Assembly: GCA_030324005.1 (NCBI GenBank)
Contig: JARDVH010000059.1
Coordinates: 96,412,023-96,475,125, forward strand
Length of the DNA stretch: 63,103 bases
Reading direction: 5' to 3'
Source: Negaprion brevirostris
Taxonomy: Eukaryota
A model generated the notes under the pieces. That model was not told the DNA's origin. It saw only the letters and a program-made list of their open reading frames with translations, and did not search any database. The translations under genes were made by a program, and so were the position numbers. This document shows, piece after piece, positions 24,051 to 36,120 of the stretch; positions within the stretch are counted from its first letter, which is position 1, and every line of letters starts with the position of its first letter.

Positions 24051-24435
24051 GTAAGACACTTAATGTAACTGTTTTCTGTTTTTTATGAAGAAGAATCACT
24101 CGCGTATCATGGAATTTAATAACTACATTAAAATAGTGGGGCATCATTTTTCTTCAAGTGATTTAGTGAACCACCAATTCATTGTTAGTGTAATTTCTTA
24201 TAACAATGTTGCTTTAAAACTTAAATCATAACCTAAAGGGTGCTATTGCCAAAATATTATGCAATCCAAGTGACATATATGGCAATGTCATTTTACTCTA
24301 TATCGAGTGAAATATCTCATCACTAATCTTTTAATTAGTGTGACACTATTTGATTGTACATTTCTGTCGAAAAATGCACACAAATTTGATTATGTACTGA
24401 ATAAAATTTTGCTGATAAATAATTTTAACATAATA

Positions 24436-24697
24436 AGAACATAAGAACATAAGAAATAGGAGCAGGAGTAGGCCATCTAGCCCCTCGAGCCTGCCTCGCC
24501 ATTCAACAAGATCATGGCNNNNNNNNNNNNNNNNNNNNNNNNNNNNNNNNNNNNNNNNNNNNNNNNNNNNNNNNNNNNNNNNNNNNNNNNNNNNNNNNNN
24601 NNNNNNNNNNNNNNNNNNCTCCATACAATGATCACTCTCCCCAAGAGGATCCTTCACCACAAGGTCCCTAATTCTACCCGCCTCATTACACAACATA
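24436..24697 (-). mobile_element. Young CR1/HER1 LINE; gapped
   Basis: (AAGAACAT)n tail; LVVKDPLGESDH endonuclease-region remnant beyond the gap. Confidence 0.8.
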
Positions 24698-25225
24698 ATT
24701 AATCATAATTGTAATCATAATAAGTATATTTGAATTTTCCACAGCTATATTATACTTTTGCTGATCATCAAAATTTAGATTATTTCAAAAATTTAGATTA
24801 TTTCAAGGATTTAAATTGTTTTTTATGCAGTAATAGCTGCCAAGTATGTTGACATTTTGAAATCTTGTCTTTCTTTTGCCTAACTAATTTTACGTCAGGT
24901 CTTGGGTTCAGAACTTAATATCGTTCATAAGCCCCTTAACTTTGTCGTGATTAATAATAAGGTCTTAACTGGCCTTATTATGCATTTTTGGGCTAATTGT
25001 TGCTGACATATTTTAGTTTAAAAGCAAGAAGACTAAAAGAACAAAAGTAAAAGTGGAAAGCAGGTCCAAGATTGTTTTCAAATCTTGCTCCTCTGTTTAG
25101 ACACAATTTCTTTTTGTGTTATGCTTACTAACCAGTGGAACATGGCTCTGAATGCATCGTAAATATTGAGAAAAATTGAAGCAACTAGAGCAATGGAATG
25201 TGTCAAATAACCCAATGAATCCTTA

Positions 25226-25437
25226 GATAAAGGCAAAATACTTCAGAAACTGGAATCGCAAACAAAAACAGGAAATACTGGAAAAGCACAGCAGGTCTTA
25301 AAGTGTCTGTGGAGAGAGAAAAGAGCCAATGTTTCAAGTCAGTATGGCCTTTTGTCAGAGCTCTGAAATATTGGCTCTATTCTCCCTCTACAGACACAGT
25401 CAGACCTGCAGCGTTTTCCAGCATTTTCTGTTTTTGT
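25226..25437. mobile_element. Penelope-type terminal repeat in inverted (palindromic) arrangement
   Basis: About 75-bp arms at 25262-25336 and 25364-25437; related fragments at 9330-9398, 30655-30695 and 31085-31150. Confidence 0.7.
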
Positions 25438-25514
25438 CCCAGTAATCCTATCCCTTTTCCAAAAAGGGGGAGGGAAACATTGACTGGTCCCCTTAGAGGA
25501 AATAATGGAGAAAT

Positions 25515-25860
25515 TTGATGAGAGGTATTTAAAATCATGAAGGGTTTTGATACAGTAAATAAAGATAAACTGTTTGCCACACCAGAGGGATTGGTAATCA
25601 GGGGACATAGATTTGAGTTGATTGGCAAAAGAACCAGAGTAGATACGAGGAAACACTTTCTGCAGCGAGTTGTTATAATCTGGAATGCACTGCCTGAAAA
25701 GGTGGTGGAAGCAAATTCAATAATCAAAAAAGAATTTGACTGAATAGCTGGAAAGGAAAATTTTACAGGGCTGTTAGAAACAGAGGAGTGGGGCAAATTG
25801 GATTGTTCCTTTAAGAGCAGGCAAGAGCAAGCCAGCCTCCTTCTGTACTGTGTCTTTCAA
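25515..25860 (+). mobile_element. CR1 LINE 3' fragment
   Basis: IRGHRFEL..RKHFLQRVVIIWNALP. Confidence 0.8.
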
Positions 25861-25899
25861 TAACTGTGATTTACATTTCTTAATATTTAATTGCTCTAG

Positions 25900-26620
25900 A
25901 TATTTCAATAATAAATGAAACTATGCTAAATATTACAACTAAAAGAATGCTAACTGAATCCCACAAACCGCAACGTCGCAAGCAAAATGCTTCCAAACCG
26001 CCACGAGAGACTTGTGATCTCGGTGCACCCAAGCCAATAATTGTGGATGAAAAATTATTTGAATTCGTCCCCGCGTACCTTCTGCAGGGACGAGAAATCG
26101 TTTTCCTCCAAGAAATGTCAGAGAGCGCAGCTGAAAATCTCCCCAAGGGAAGCGAAAAAGCCAAAGAAGTGGGCAGAACTGATGATAAGGCATCTACGTA
26201 CACAGAGATCACAATCAAGGATGAAACAAGAATGCATAAAGAGCAGGCCACAATTGACGTTAAAGCCGCAGCTCAAAGAGCAGAAACTGGCCTCTCTGAT
26301 GAAGCAGCACAGAAATCTCATGTTTCTCAACCTACCAAGTTGGATGGACAGCAATCATCTGCAATCCAGGATGGTGTAAAGACTGAAGTTGTTCCTGACA
26401 GTAAAGATGAAGAAAGTACAGAAACTGATTCATCCAGTGAGGCAGGTGATATCAGTGACATCTGCTTTGCGACACCACGTCACAGTTCTAATTTCAAGAG
26501 CCGGAAGGGCGTGGAAAAATTCAAGAGGTTTCTCCAGGGAACCGCTGGTGAGAAATACTGGTGGCTGTGGATGGATATTGAAAGATTAAAGGTCATCAAG
26601 GATGGCAAAAAGAAGCAAAG
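25900..26620 (+). CDS. RGS22: RGS22 long exon, 721 nt, phase 1-2: variable linker then FKRFLQGTAGEKYWWLWMDIERLK
   Basis: ctctAG acceptor in frame with ORF 25923..26714, AAG|GTTAGT donor. Confidence 0.92.
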
Positions 26621-26751
26621 GTTAGTCACTGCTCTGTCTTACCAACTTAGACATAAGCTTTTTGAAAACGGGGCCCAACATTATCACTGTTTCCATAAAA
26701 TTGCTCACAATTGAAGGGAAAAACATTTTTTTTCTAAGACGCCAATTACCC

Positions 26752-26993
26752 GGGTGGTCAATCTGCTGAATTCTTTACCACAGAGAGTTGTAGAGGCTGG
26801 GTCATTAAGTACATCCAAGACTGAGAGAGACAGATCTTTAATCAGTAAGGGAATAATGGGTTATGGGGATAACGGGGGGTGCGGTGGATGAGTGGAGTTG
26901 AGGATTATGTCAGATCAGTCATGATCTCACTGAATGGCGGAGCAAACTCGATGAGCTGAATGGCCTACTTCTGTTCCTATGTCTTATGATCTT
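26752..26993 (+). mobile_element. CR1/HER1 3' end
   Basis: gaatggcggagca...tggcctacttctgttcctatgtcttatg tail. Confidence 0.8.
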
Positions 26994-27965
26994 AACTGTG
27001 ATATTAATCATACAAGAGATTAGCATTTGCTTTGGACTTCTGAGTCAATCGTTAGCTGAATTCAGTCGGTAGTATTCACCCTTTAACAACAAAAACTTGC
27101 ATTTATATAGCACATTTAACAGAGTAAATCATGTCAAGGTGCTTAAATCAGAAGACTGGTCACAGAATCGAGGCTGATACTTCAGTGAAGCTCTGAGGAA
27201 GTTGTTGTGGGTTCCCATTATTTGGTTGCAGTGGCCAAAATTGTGGCAAATAGATTTCAAAGACAAATATGAGATTATCCATTTGGAACCTAAATTGGAT
27301 AGGACAGAGTATGTTGTGAATGTGGGAAGTGCTAGAAACTGTGCAGACCCAAAGGGACTTGGCTGTCAAGATACGTAGATCATTAAAATGTGATGAAGGG
27401 GTACAAAAAAATAATCAAAATAAGTAGAGAAAGAGAATACACAGGTGCTAGAAGCAAGCTTTAACTATACAAAGCCTCTGTTAGGCCACACCTGGCTTAT
27501 TGCACTGCTACTGCTTTAATGTTTTACTCACATTTCTTACCTTACTGTCCTAAGTTTAATTACATATTTCAGTTTTTCTTTTACCTCTGGTGTTGATCTG
27601 AAACAATTTCTAAATGTTACTCTAATCTCTTCCCTTTTGCCTGTCTTTTACCCACTGTTTAGAGAATCTTTACCACCTGGAACATCCTCCCCTCTATTCC
27701 TACCAGTTGAAAGTTCTTGTGATTGCCTGATTCATCTGTTAGGATCCTGATCTCTGCGTAGTTCAGCTGGAACAGTGCCGTTCCTTCCTGTTTTGGTATT
27801 GATGCCAGAGTCCCATCAAATGGAATCCCTTTTTCCAATAATACTCCTTCAGCCTTGTGTTTGCTTCCCTAATCTGTTTATCTATATATCAATTTGCATG
27901 TGATTTTGGTGATTATCCAGAGATTATCACCCTTGAAATTCTGTTCTTTCATTTATCTCCTCTTT

Positions 27966-28190
27966 CCTTAGACAGGTTGCAGAGCTGGGCCGCGAGGTGG
28001 CGGATGGAGGTTAATGTGGAGAAGTGTGAGGTAATTNNNNNNNNNNNNNNNNNNNNNNNNNNNNNNNNNNNNNNNNNNNNNNNNNNNNNNNNNNNNNNNN
28101 NNNNNNNNNNNNNNNNNNNNNNNNNNNNNNNNNNNNTGGGCCGAAGGGCCTGTTCTGCGCTGTAATGTTCTATGTTCTATGTTCTATGTT
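27966..28190 (+). mobile_element. Young CR1 fragment with (GTTCTAT)n tail; gapped
   Basis: LDRLQSWAARWRME.NVEKCEV and tandem tail. Confidence 0.8.
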
Positions 28191-28449
28191 CCTGGTACAC
28201 AACCAACAGGATCCCTACACTTCCCGATGTTGTTGGTCCCAGTGTCAACCGCAACTGAATTCTCCTTCCTCTGCAATAACCTTTGAGGTCTATTGGACGC
28301 CAGGAAGGCAAGATATCACGTGAGACACTCGAGTCTGCTGACAAAGGTTGCTATCTGTCCCCCTAATTATTGAATTCCCTGCAACTACCACATTAGATCT
28401 TCCCTCCTGCTCCCCCATTTTGGACAACCTCCTGCTAGAAGGAGCCAAG

Positions 28450-29412
28450 GGGTGTTATTTTACAATGATTCTAATTGTCCATCTAGTGTGAAAATGGGAG
28501 AATTCCTAATCCATTTTTGGGTTGGTTTTCAATCATGGAAAATGGTTTTGATGTTTCTAGCCACTGCAGGCAGTGGGTTGGGCTTAATTTGCCAGTCAGC
28601 CTGCAGAGAGAGCAATTGCACATATACTGACTTCTGATTCTGCACGTGTGCAATAGCAACTGCAAGGGGAGCTATTGCACATGTGCAGACTTCGAAGTCT
28701 CCATATGTGCAATTCCAGCAACAGGACCTGACAGAGAGAGAGAGAGAAAGAGAGAACTCTCAGGCCCATGCTGCTGCACTCAGCCTCAAAAAACTATCCC
28801 CCGTTCCACCAATCTGATCGCCTGGAGAGCGGCAGTGAGCCCCTATTCCCTCCCTGATCCAATACAGAGTGGCAGTGCTCCTCCCAACCCTGGATCTGAT
28901 CACAGACAGAGTGGCAACAGGCCACTCCCCACCTGATCAGGCTGCCCCTTCAGGACTTGCCCCAATAGGGCCTGTGCACTGGTACTGCCCAGTGGGCATT
29001 ACCAAGGTGCCAGGTTAGCAGTGCCAAGTTGCCAGGCTCTCACTGCCCAAGGGGCACTCCCCTTGCCCCAGGCCTTCCCGGGCAGCCTCAATGACCTCTG
29101 GTTCTACCAACAAGGCCAACACAACTGCTCCCGTTCATAGGGAGCAGGTATTTTTCTCACTGGTGAGAACCTTTCTTGGCAAGTCCATAAAGGCAAGCGA
29201 GCCCGGATGATTGAGCACAGGGCTCGCTAAAGACATGGAAATCAACATTATCATAAATTTAATCATTTAATCAGCCTCTTGCTGGAAATCCGGCTCACGT
29301 AAGATCATGAGAGCCGAGAAATTGGGCGTGATCCTGATATCTCAGCTCTCACACAATTTTACTGGCTTACTCCGCCCATCAATGGGTGGGGTGAACTGGT
29401 AGAATCCTGGCC
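28450..29412 (+). mobile_element. About 960-bp non-autonomous DNA element, Harbinger-like
   Basis: GGGTGTTATTTTAC...GGTAGAATCCTGGCC ends; sister copies at 16490 and 9399. Confidence 0.6.
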
Positions 29413-29456
29413 ATGGTCTGTGTTTTCACTATCTCTCCAAACATCTTTATCCTTAT

Positions 29457-29583
29457 GCTCACCTGATGAAGGAGCTCATTTGATGAAGAAGTAGCGCTCC
29501 AAGAGTTTATGATTCCAAATAAACCTGGTGTTGAGAGACTTCTTATTGTGCCCACCTCAGTCCAACGCTGGCATCTGCACATC
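29457..29583 (+). mobile_element. Short Penelope-type element with degenerate hammerhead core
   Basis: CAC-CTGATGA-A-GGAGC...GCTCC, then the same body as the 977 and 19535 copies. Confidence 0.7.
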
Positions 29584-30702
29584 CTGATTAAAGAGGTGAC
29601 CAGATTACTCCAACCGTTATTTCCCCCATCCAGGTTTAAATACCTAGAATTACCTCACAATATTCCTGCAATCTGAGTGGCTTGAGGCTGTCAACAACCC
29701 TCAAATTTGAATTTAATTGGTTCTGTGTCTTTGAGTGCTTTTAAACTCATTGATCCAATTTCAAAAACCTATTTTGCTCTGCTGGAACTCTGGCTGCTGC
29801 TTTAGATACGAATGTGCAAAGTTGGCTTCTGCAACCTGCTTTCTGCAATTTAAAATCCCAAGCACAAAGTCACATGCTTTTTAAAAGAAAATCCTATTTG
29901 ATTTCTTTTGGGTTTTCTTAGTATTTCTTTTCAATACTTACATTTGTCAAAGACCAGATTTTTAATTTTATATATGCAACTTCATCATACTTAAAACCTA
30001 TAACATTTCTGGATTTTCTCAGATCTGATGAAATGTTGGGCAAGATTTTCCTGCAGGCTTCGGGACCCCGATGTCGGGATCAAATGGGGGTTCCAAGCCC
30101 CCAGTTGCTGACAGTGGGGCTGGCATCCTAACTGGGTGCCTCTCAGCCTGTGGTTCTATTCAGGATGGTGGGTGAGTTCTTAGTTCTGCCGGTTCAATCT
30201 GAGGGCTGGCACCCTGAAGCCTTGGCAGCCCCACTGGATGGGCGCTGCTGATATAGGTCACAGACCATAAGGATGCTTCAACACGGCAGCACCCTTGCTG
30301 GTCTGCGCATCATTAATTAAATAGTTGGGATGTAGACTGGTAAGTGAATCAGGATGAAGGGAAAACTCCATTGCTCGATCAATCTCAACTATGATTGCAG
30401 TATTTTGTGAATGCAGATGTCTGAATCCAATGGCCCCATAGCCTGCCACAGCAAGGCAGCCTGTATTGCATTGGTGGCCTCCGCAAGTGGCAGGGAGTAC
30501 TTAACCAGCTGGCAAAATGGCAGAAATACGACAAAATCATTCCTGACTGGGGCCTTATCAATACAAAATGTCTGCCCACCTATGTAGAGCCCACTCTTTT
30601 TTTGTCCTCTCTAGTCTCCAAGCTCACCATCATAGAGTAGAGGGAAATACAGTCCATTCTCTGTTTCCCTCTTCACAGATGCTGCCAAACCTAATGACAA
30701 AA

Positions 30703-31082
30703 AAACAAAGAACAGTACAGCACAGTAGCAGGCCCTTTGGCCCACCAAACCTGCACTGCAACATAATGCCTTTCTAAACTAAAGACTTTTTGCCACTATG
30801 CAGTCATAATCCTCAATTCCTGCTTATTCATGAATCTGTCAAAATGCCTGTTAAACGTTGCTATTATATTTGCTTCTACCACCTCCACTGGCAGTGTATT
30901 CCAGGCGCTTACCCTTTGTGCAAAAAACTTGCCTCTCACATCTCCTTTAAACTTTCCCCCCTTCTACCTTAAACCAATGTCCCCTAATAATTGACATTTC
31001 TGCCTTGGGAAAAAGACTCCGACTATTCATTCTATCCATATCTCTCATAATTTTGTAAACTTCTATCAGATTGCCCCTTTGC
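30703..31082 (-). mobile_element. CR1/HER1 3' fragment splitting a Penelope-type repeat
   Basis: aacaaagaacagtacagcacag tail; flanks continue the 25226-type repeat. Confidence 0.7.
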
Positions 31083-32940
31083 CTCTGATTATTCCAGGAT
31101 GTTCAGTTTTATTTTTCATCTTTCCCGCATCCACAGTATGTTGTTTTTGTCTCTCTTTTGATTTGTATCCTTTGGTGCTATATTGCCTCTCCACATTCTC
31201 CCTACCAAAATGTCTCAGTTTGCCACTTCTTAGAATTAAATTCCACCTGTCAGATGTTTGCCCTTCTGCCAGGTTGTCAATGTCCTGTTGAAATCTATCA
31301 CTATCCTCCTCTCAGTTCATAGTGCTTCCAAGTTTTGTGTTGCCTCCACATTTTGAAATTGTAACCTTTACGTCCAAGTCTAATTCATTAATATATTTCA
31401 GGAAAAGCACTGCCAACTCTTGAGAAGCCCCACTGAAGACCTTCCTTTAGTCTGAAAAACTGCTCATCACAATTATCTGTTTCCATGTTACCACGCCTTT
31501 TATTGCTACCATGCCTTTTATTCCACGGATCTCTGCTTTGCTGGAACACATAGGGCACTTTATCAAATATTTTCTGGAATATTTACCATCATCAAACCTC
31601 TTGTTAGTTTGTCAAAAAACCTCAAGCAATTTACTTAAACATAATTTACCCTTTTCTTCCTCATTTATAGTTTCATGGGACATGAAAGAGTGGTCTGGAA
31701 TTCGCTACCTGAGTTGGTGGTGAAGGCAGAGACACTAAACTTATTTTAAAAATATCTGGTTCTGCACCTTTAGTGCTACAAATTACAGGGCCATAAGCCA
31801 GGTGCAGGAAGGTAGTATTAGAAAGGGTACCTGGGTGTCTTCAGGCTGGCATGCATAAGGTGGGCTGAATGGCCTCCTTCTGTGCTCTAACCTTTCTATG
31901 TCTATGGGCTTCACTGGCAAGACTAGCATTTGTTGTCTGTCTGAACAGCCTAATAGGCCATTTCAGAGGGCAATTAAAAGTCAACCACATAGCTGTGGCT
32001 CTGCAGTCGCACATAGGCCAAGCTGGGTAAAGAACAATAGTAAACCAGCAATTGTTTTTTTAAAACAATTATCATGCTGGGATTTGAACCCATTTCTCCT
32101 AAGAAGTAGCCTGAGCCCCTGTATTACTTGAGCAGTGATACTACCACCGTACTACAATCTGTGCTAACAAATCTGTGCTGGTTTACCTTAATTGATTCAT
32201 ACTTGTGCAATGGACTGTTAATTTTGTACCAGATTAGCATTTCTTAAAGCTTTCCCACAACTGAGGTTAAAATGACTGTCTTTATTCTTGTACCTTTTTT
32301 TTGAAGCAAAGGCAAGGCATTTGACATTCTTCATTCCTCTGGCATTCTGATGGTGGTTAGAAGTACGACCCAACTCTCAACCTGTATTTCTCTAAGAGGT
32401 GTGACTGAAGTTTGGAGCAATGTCCAGATCCTGCTCTCCCCATCTTCTGTGTCTGAATGTTCTCAACTTGTCCTATTATCGCCCCTAGCACCATATCACC
32501 TTTTTGTCATTTTCATCCTTACATCCGTCTGCTTTTTCATGGATGTTTTTTTTTCTTTATTCATTCATAGGATGTGGGCATTGCTAGCAAGGCCAGCATT
32601 TGTAGCATGTCCCTAATTGTTCTTAAACTAAGTGGCATGCTAGAGCAATTTCAGAGAGCAGTTAAGAGTCAATTGCATTGCTCTGTATCTGGAGTTACAT
32701 GCAGGCCAGATAAGGAAGGTACGTTTTCTTCCCTAAAGGACATTAGTGAACCAGATGTGATGCATACCATTATTCCAGGCGACTTAACAACTTCAGGTAC
32801 ATCTAACCTTTCCTCTATCTCTTTATCAACTTTTACCCCATCTAGTATCTCAATGACCTCCTCTTTCACTATGGCTTTGGCAGTATATTCCTACTTGGCA
32901 TAGACAATGCAAAATTTTGTTTAGTACCTCATCCACATCA

Positions 32941-33428
32941 GTAGTTAGTATTGTTGCCTCACAGCGACACAGAGCCGGGTTCAATTACAGCGTTGGGTGA
33001 CTGCCTGTGTGGAGTGTGCACATACTCCCTATGTCTGCGTGGGTTTCCTCCAGGTGCTCTGGTTTCCTCCCACAGTCGAAAGTNNNNNNNNNNNNNNNNN
33101 NNNNNNNNNNNNNNNNNNNNNNNNNNNNNNNNNNNNNNNNNNNNNNNNNNNNNNNNNNNNNNNNNNNNNNNNNNNNNNNNNNNCACAGACTCCCTCGGTC
33201 TGCGTGGCTTTCCGCCAGGTGCTCTGGTGTCCTCCCCCAGTCGAAAGTTGGGCGAGTTAGGTGGATGGGCCAGGCTAAATTTCGCTTTAGTGTCCCAAGA
33301 TGTGTAGGTTAGGGGGATTAGTGAGGTAAAATATGTGGGGTTACGGGGAGAGGTTCTGGGTAAGACGCTGTGTCGGAGACTTGGTGCTGATGGGCTGAAT
33401 GACCTTCTTCTACACTATAGGGATTCCA
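32941..33428 (+). mobile_element. HE1/V-SINE; gapped
   Basis: Family match. Confidence 0.8.
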
Positions 33429-33666
33429 TTAATCTGCCTCCATGTTAATTAGCCCCACCCATACACGGATAGCCATTTTACTGTTACTATGCCGGCAAAA
33501 GACTTTTGGATTCTTTTTGTTAGGTGCCAATGTCCCTATAGATAACTCATAAAAAGACATTTGAATTCTAGTGACTGCTGTTTGTTCAAGTTGCTCTACA
33601 GTTTTTTTTGTTGCATTGCTTTGTCCTGTGTGAAGTATTGAACGTTTTTTGTTCTTTGGCTTAAAG

Positions 33667-33831
33667 CTACCTGAACAAGATACGGAATCGGTATTTGTTT
33701 NNNNNNNNNNGTGAATATTGCATGAATGCAGAGACACGTGCAAAACTGTGTCTGTCATTTGTCTCTCAGTGGACTGTGGAAAACCTATGTCAGGTTCAGT
33801 CGGACATAGTGGCACCTCTGCTTCTGTATTG
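33667..33831 (+). CDS. RGS22: RGS22 exon, phase 2-2, containing a 10-N gap: (S)YLNKIRNRYLF...EYCMNAE...QSDIVAPLLLY(W)
   Basis: ttaaAG acceptor, TG|GTAAGT donor, frame preserved across the gap, PLLLYW motif. Confidence 0.88.
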
Positions 33832-34300
33832 GTAAGTACAGGCGTGGGCCTGGTAAAGGCAGCCAAACTATATTTAATTCTGTTTATATCTCAACAGTAT
33901 ATTCTGTGAAGTGGAATCTGTTAACTGCAAACTTAACTTAAAGAAGCTTTGCGCTCCAGTTGTGAAATGGTTTACCCATGATTGCAACAGAATTAGATTT
34001 GAAAGGTACAAACTTTAAAGCAAAATGAAACATTTAAAATACATTATATTATGATGATCCTCAGTAAGGAGTGAGGTGAATCCAAATCTGCTTCTGAAAG
34101 ATCCTTCTGACTGTACATTTTGCCTATACTGTTGAAGTTATTGGGGCATAGTTCTGAAATTCAAGCTCAAAAAATCTCCAGGCAAATATTGCAATAGAGA
34201 TATTTTTAAAAATATGAATTGTCAACCAAATGACTACTGGCATCTCTGGATTATTTTGAAAATTTTCATTTTTAAAAATTTTTGTTTCAAACAATTTCAG

Positions 34301-34457
34301 GGGTCCGAGGTACTGCATTAATCAAGGATTTCCCATACGACAAGCTGGAATTGGCCTGAAAGATTGGGAACAGCGTCAGCTTAGACCCAAACCTGATGTA
34401 GGCCCATTTGCTATGATACTGCCAAGTCTTCCCAAGATAGAATGCATTCCAAAGGAG
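34301..34457 (+). CDS. RGS22: RGS22 exon, 157 nt, phase 2-0: (W)GPRYCINQ...RQLRPKPDVGPF...CIPKE
   Basis: tttcAG acceptor, GAG|GTTGGT donor; resembles WAPRFC...RQAKPRKDIDPF. Confidence 0.88.
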
Positions 34458-35845
34458 GTTGGTATCTGTCACAGGCTGGTTACCAATCCGGCGACTTCTA
34501 AAAGCTCATTTTTGAAAACTTTATCATATAATTATTTTTTCAACTCTACTGTTTCCAATGGACCTTGGATTTCACTATTCCCAGTGGGTATTTCCCTATC
34601 CTTCCAGTTCGAAATGGCTCATATGAGTGGATTGTGGTATGAATACCAAAGACATCCTTGTTCCCACTGGCAAGGAAGCTGGCTTCAGTGGACAAGAGGA
34701 AAGTGATAGAGCTGCAAACATTTATATACAGCCAAATATTTTCTTCAATTTCTCAATGTTTTTTTCTATTCTTCTGCAAATGTTAGGCCTGAAGCGTTGA
34801 GATTTATTTTGTTGCAAAAGTAGTGTAGATTTGACTTGCGTTGGTTGGGGCAGGGGGGAGATGGAGGGGTTGGAGAATCTGAGCCATCGGCCAAATTCAT
34901 AAGGTTGGGGGGGTGGTGTGGGGTGAAAATTTCCNNNNNNNNNNNNNNNNNNNNNNNNNNNNNNNNNNNNNNNNNNNNNNNNNNNNNNNNNNNNNNNNNN
35001 NNNNNNNNNNNNNNNNNNNNNNNNNNNNNNNNNNGAGGGGGGGGGGGTGTGGGGTGAAAATTTCCACTTTGGTTTTGCGGAGAAGTAATGGCAGAGGGGA
35101 TGAAGAATTGAGTGGGAGTCCCAAAATGGCTCTTAAGCCAGTGGGATTTCCCCAATTGATTATCCCTGTCCACCCGCCAATGGCATAATGGGAATCTGGA
35201 CTTTAAAAATCGGGATCCCAATTTGCACCCATTTAAATATGTATATCAGGACTTCACGCCTTACAGTCCCCTCCATGTTAAATTATCCATCCATGTTGGA
35301 ATGAGGGCACGGCAATATGAATCATGATAGATCCCACACAACATGCTCCTGGCAAGCAGAACCTTCTGGAGGTGCACAGGTGAGTACAACCTCTAGAGGA
35401 GAAAATATCATCCCCTCCGCATTTCCCACCCAAGGAGTTTCCCATAACACTTTGGCCTCCCTATGGTTTAAAGTTCTGTCCATCTCAGCCTTGAATATAT
35501 TCAACAACTCAGTCTCCACAGCCAGCGCTCATATAAGTAGTTGGAGTAAACTACTGTGAGCTGTAGTAGTGAATAGTGAATGTAATAATAACTTCACCAG
35601 TGCAGTCCAGTTAAGAGTGGACTGCTTACCAACTCTTGCCAAAGATGGAAAAGTTCCACCTGCATTTGCTCTAAAATACATATATAATGACAGTAGAATT
35701 GGTAAAAAATGTCCTACTCTAAATTGTGTGGAAGTAACAGCATACTAAGGGCCAATGCTGCTGCCGAATTTGCAGGCCTTTGAACATCCATAAACTTGGT
35801 CTAAATGGTCAACTTTAACTGAAGCAATTAGGAAAATCTTTGTCA

Positions 35846-36120
35846 ATTTTTTCATGGGTTGTGGGTGTTGTTGTTTGGGCCAGCATTTATTGCCCAGCCA
35901 TAACTGCCGTTGAACTGACTTGGAATGATAAGCCATTTTAGAGGCATTTAAGAATCAAATGCATTGCTGTGGATCTGGAGTCACATGTAGGCCAAATCAG
36001 GTAATGGACATGAATGAACCAGATGGGTTTTTATGACAATCGATAATGGTTTTATGGTCATCAGTAGACATTTAATTCCAGATTTTTATTGAATTCAGAT
36101 TTCATCATTTCCCACGACGG
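35846..36120 (-). mobile_element. tRNA-SINE family 2
   Basis: Reverse complement of 43636-44006; further fragments at 31905-32150 and 32548-32757. Confidence 0.75.

Noticed and set aside
34915-35065. GTGTGGGGTGAAAATTTCC repeated across a 100-N gap; similar case at 33025-33250
   Set aside because: Same gap-flank overlap artefact is likely; cannot be supported without reads.
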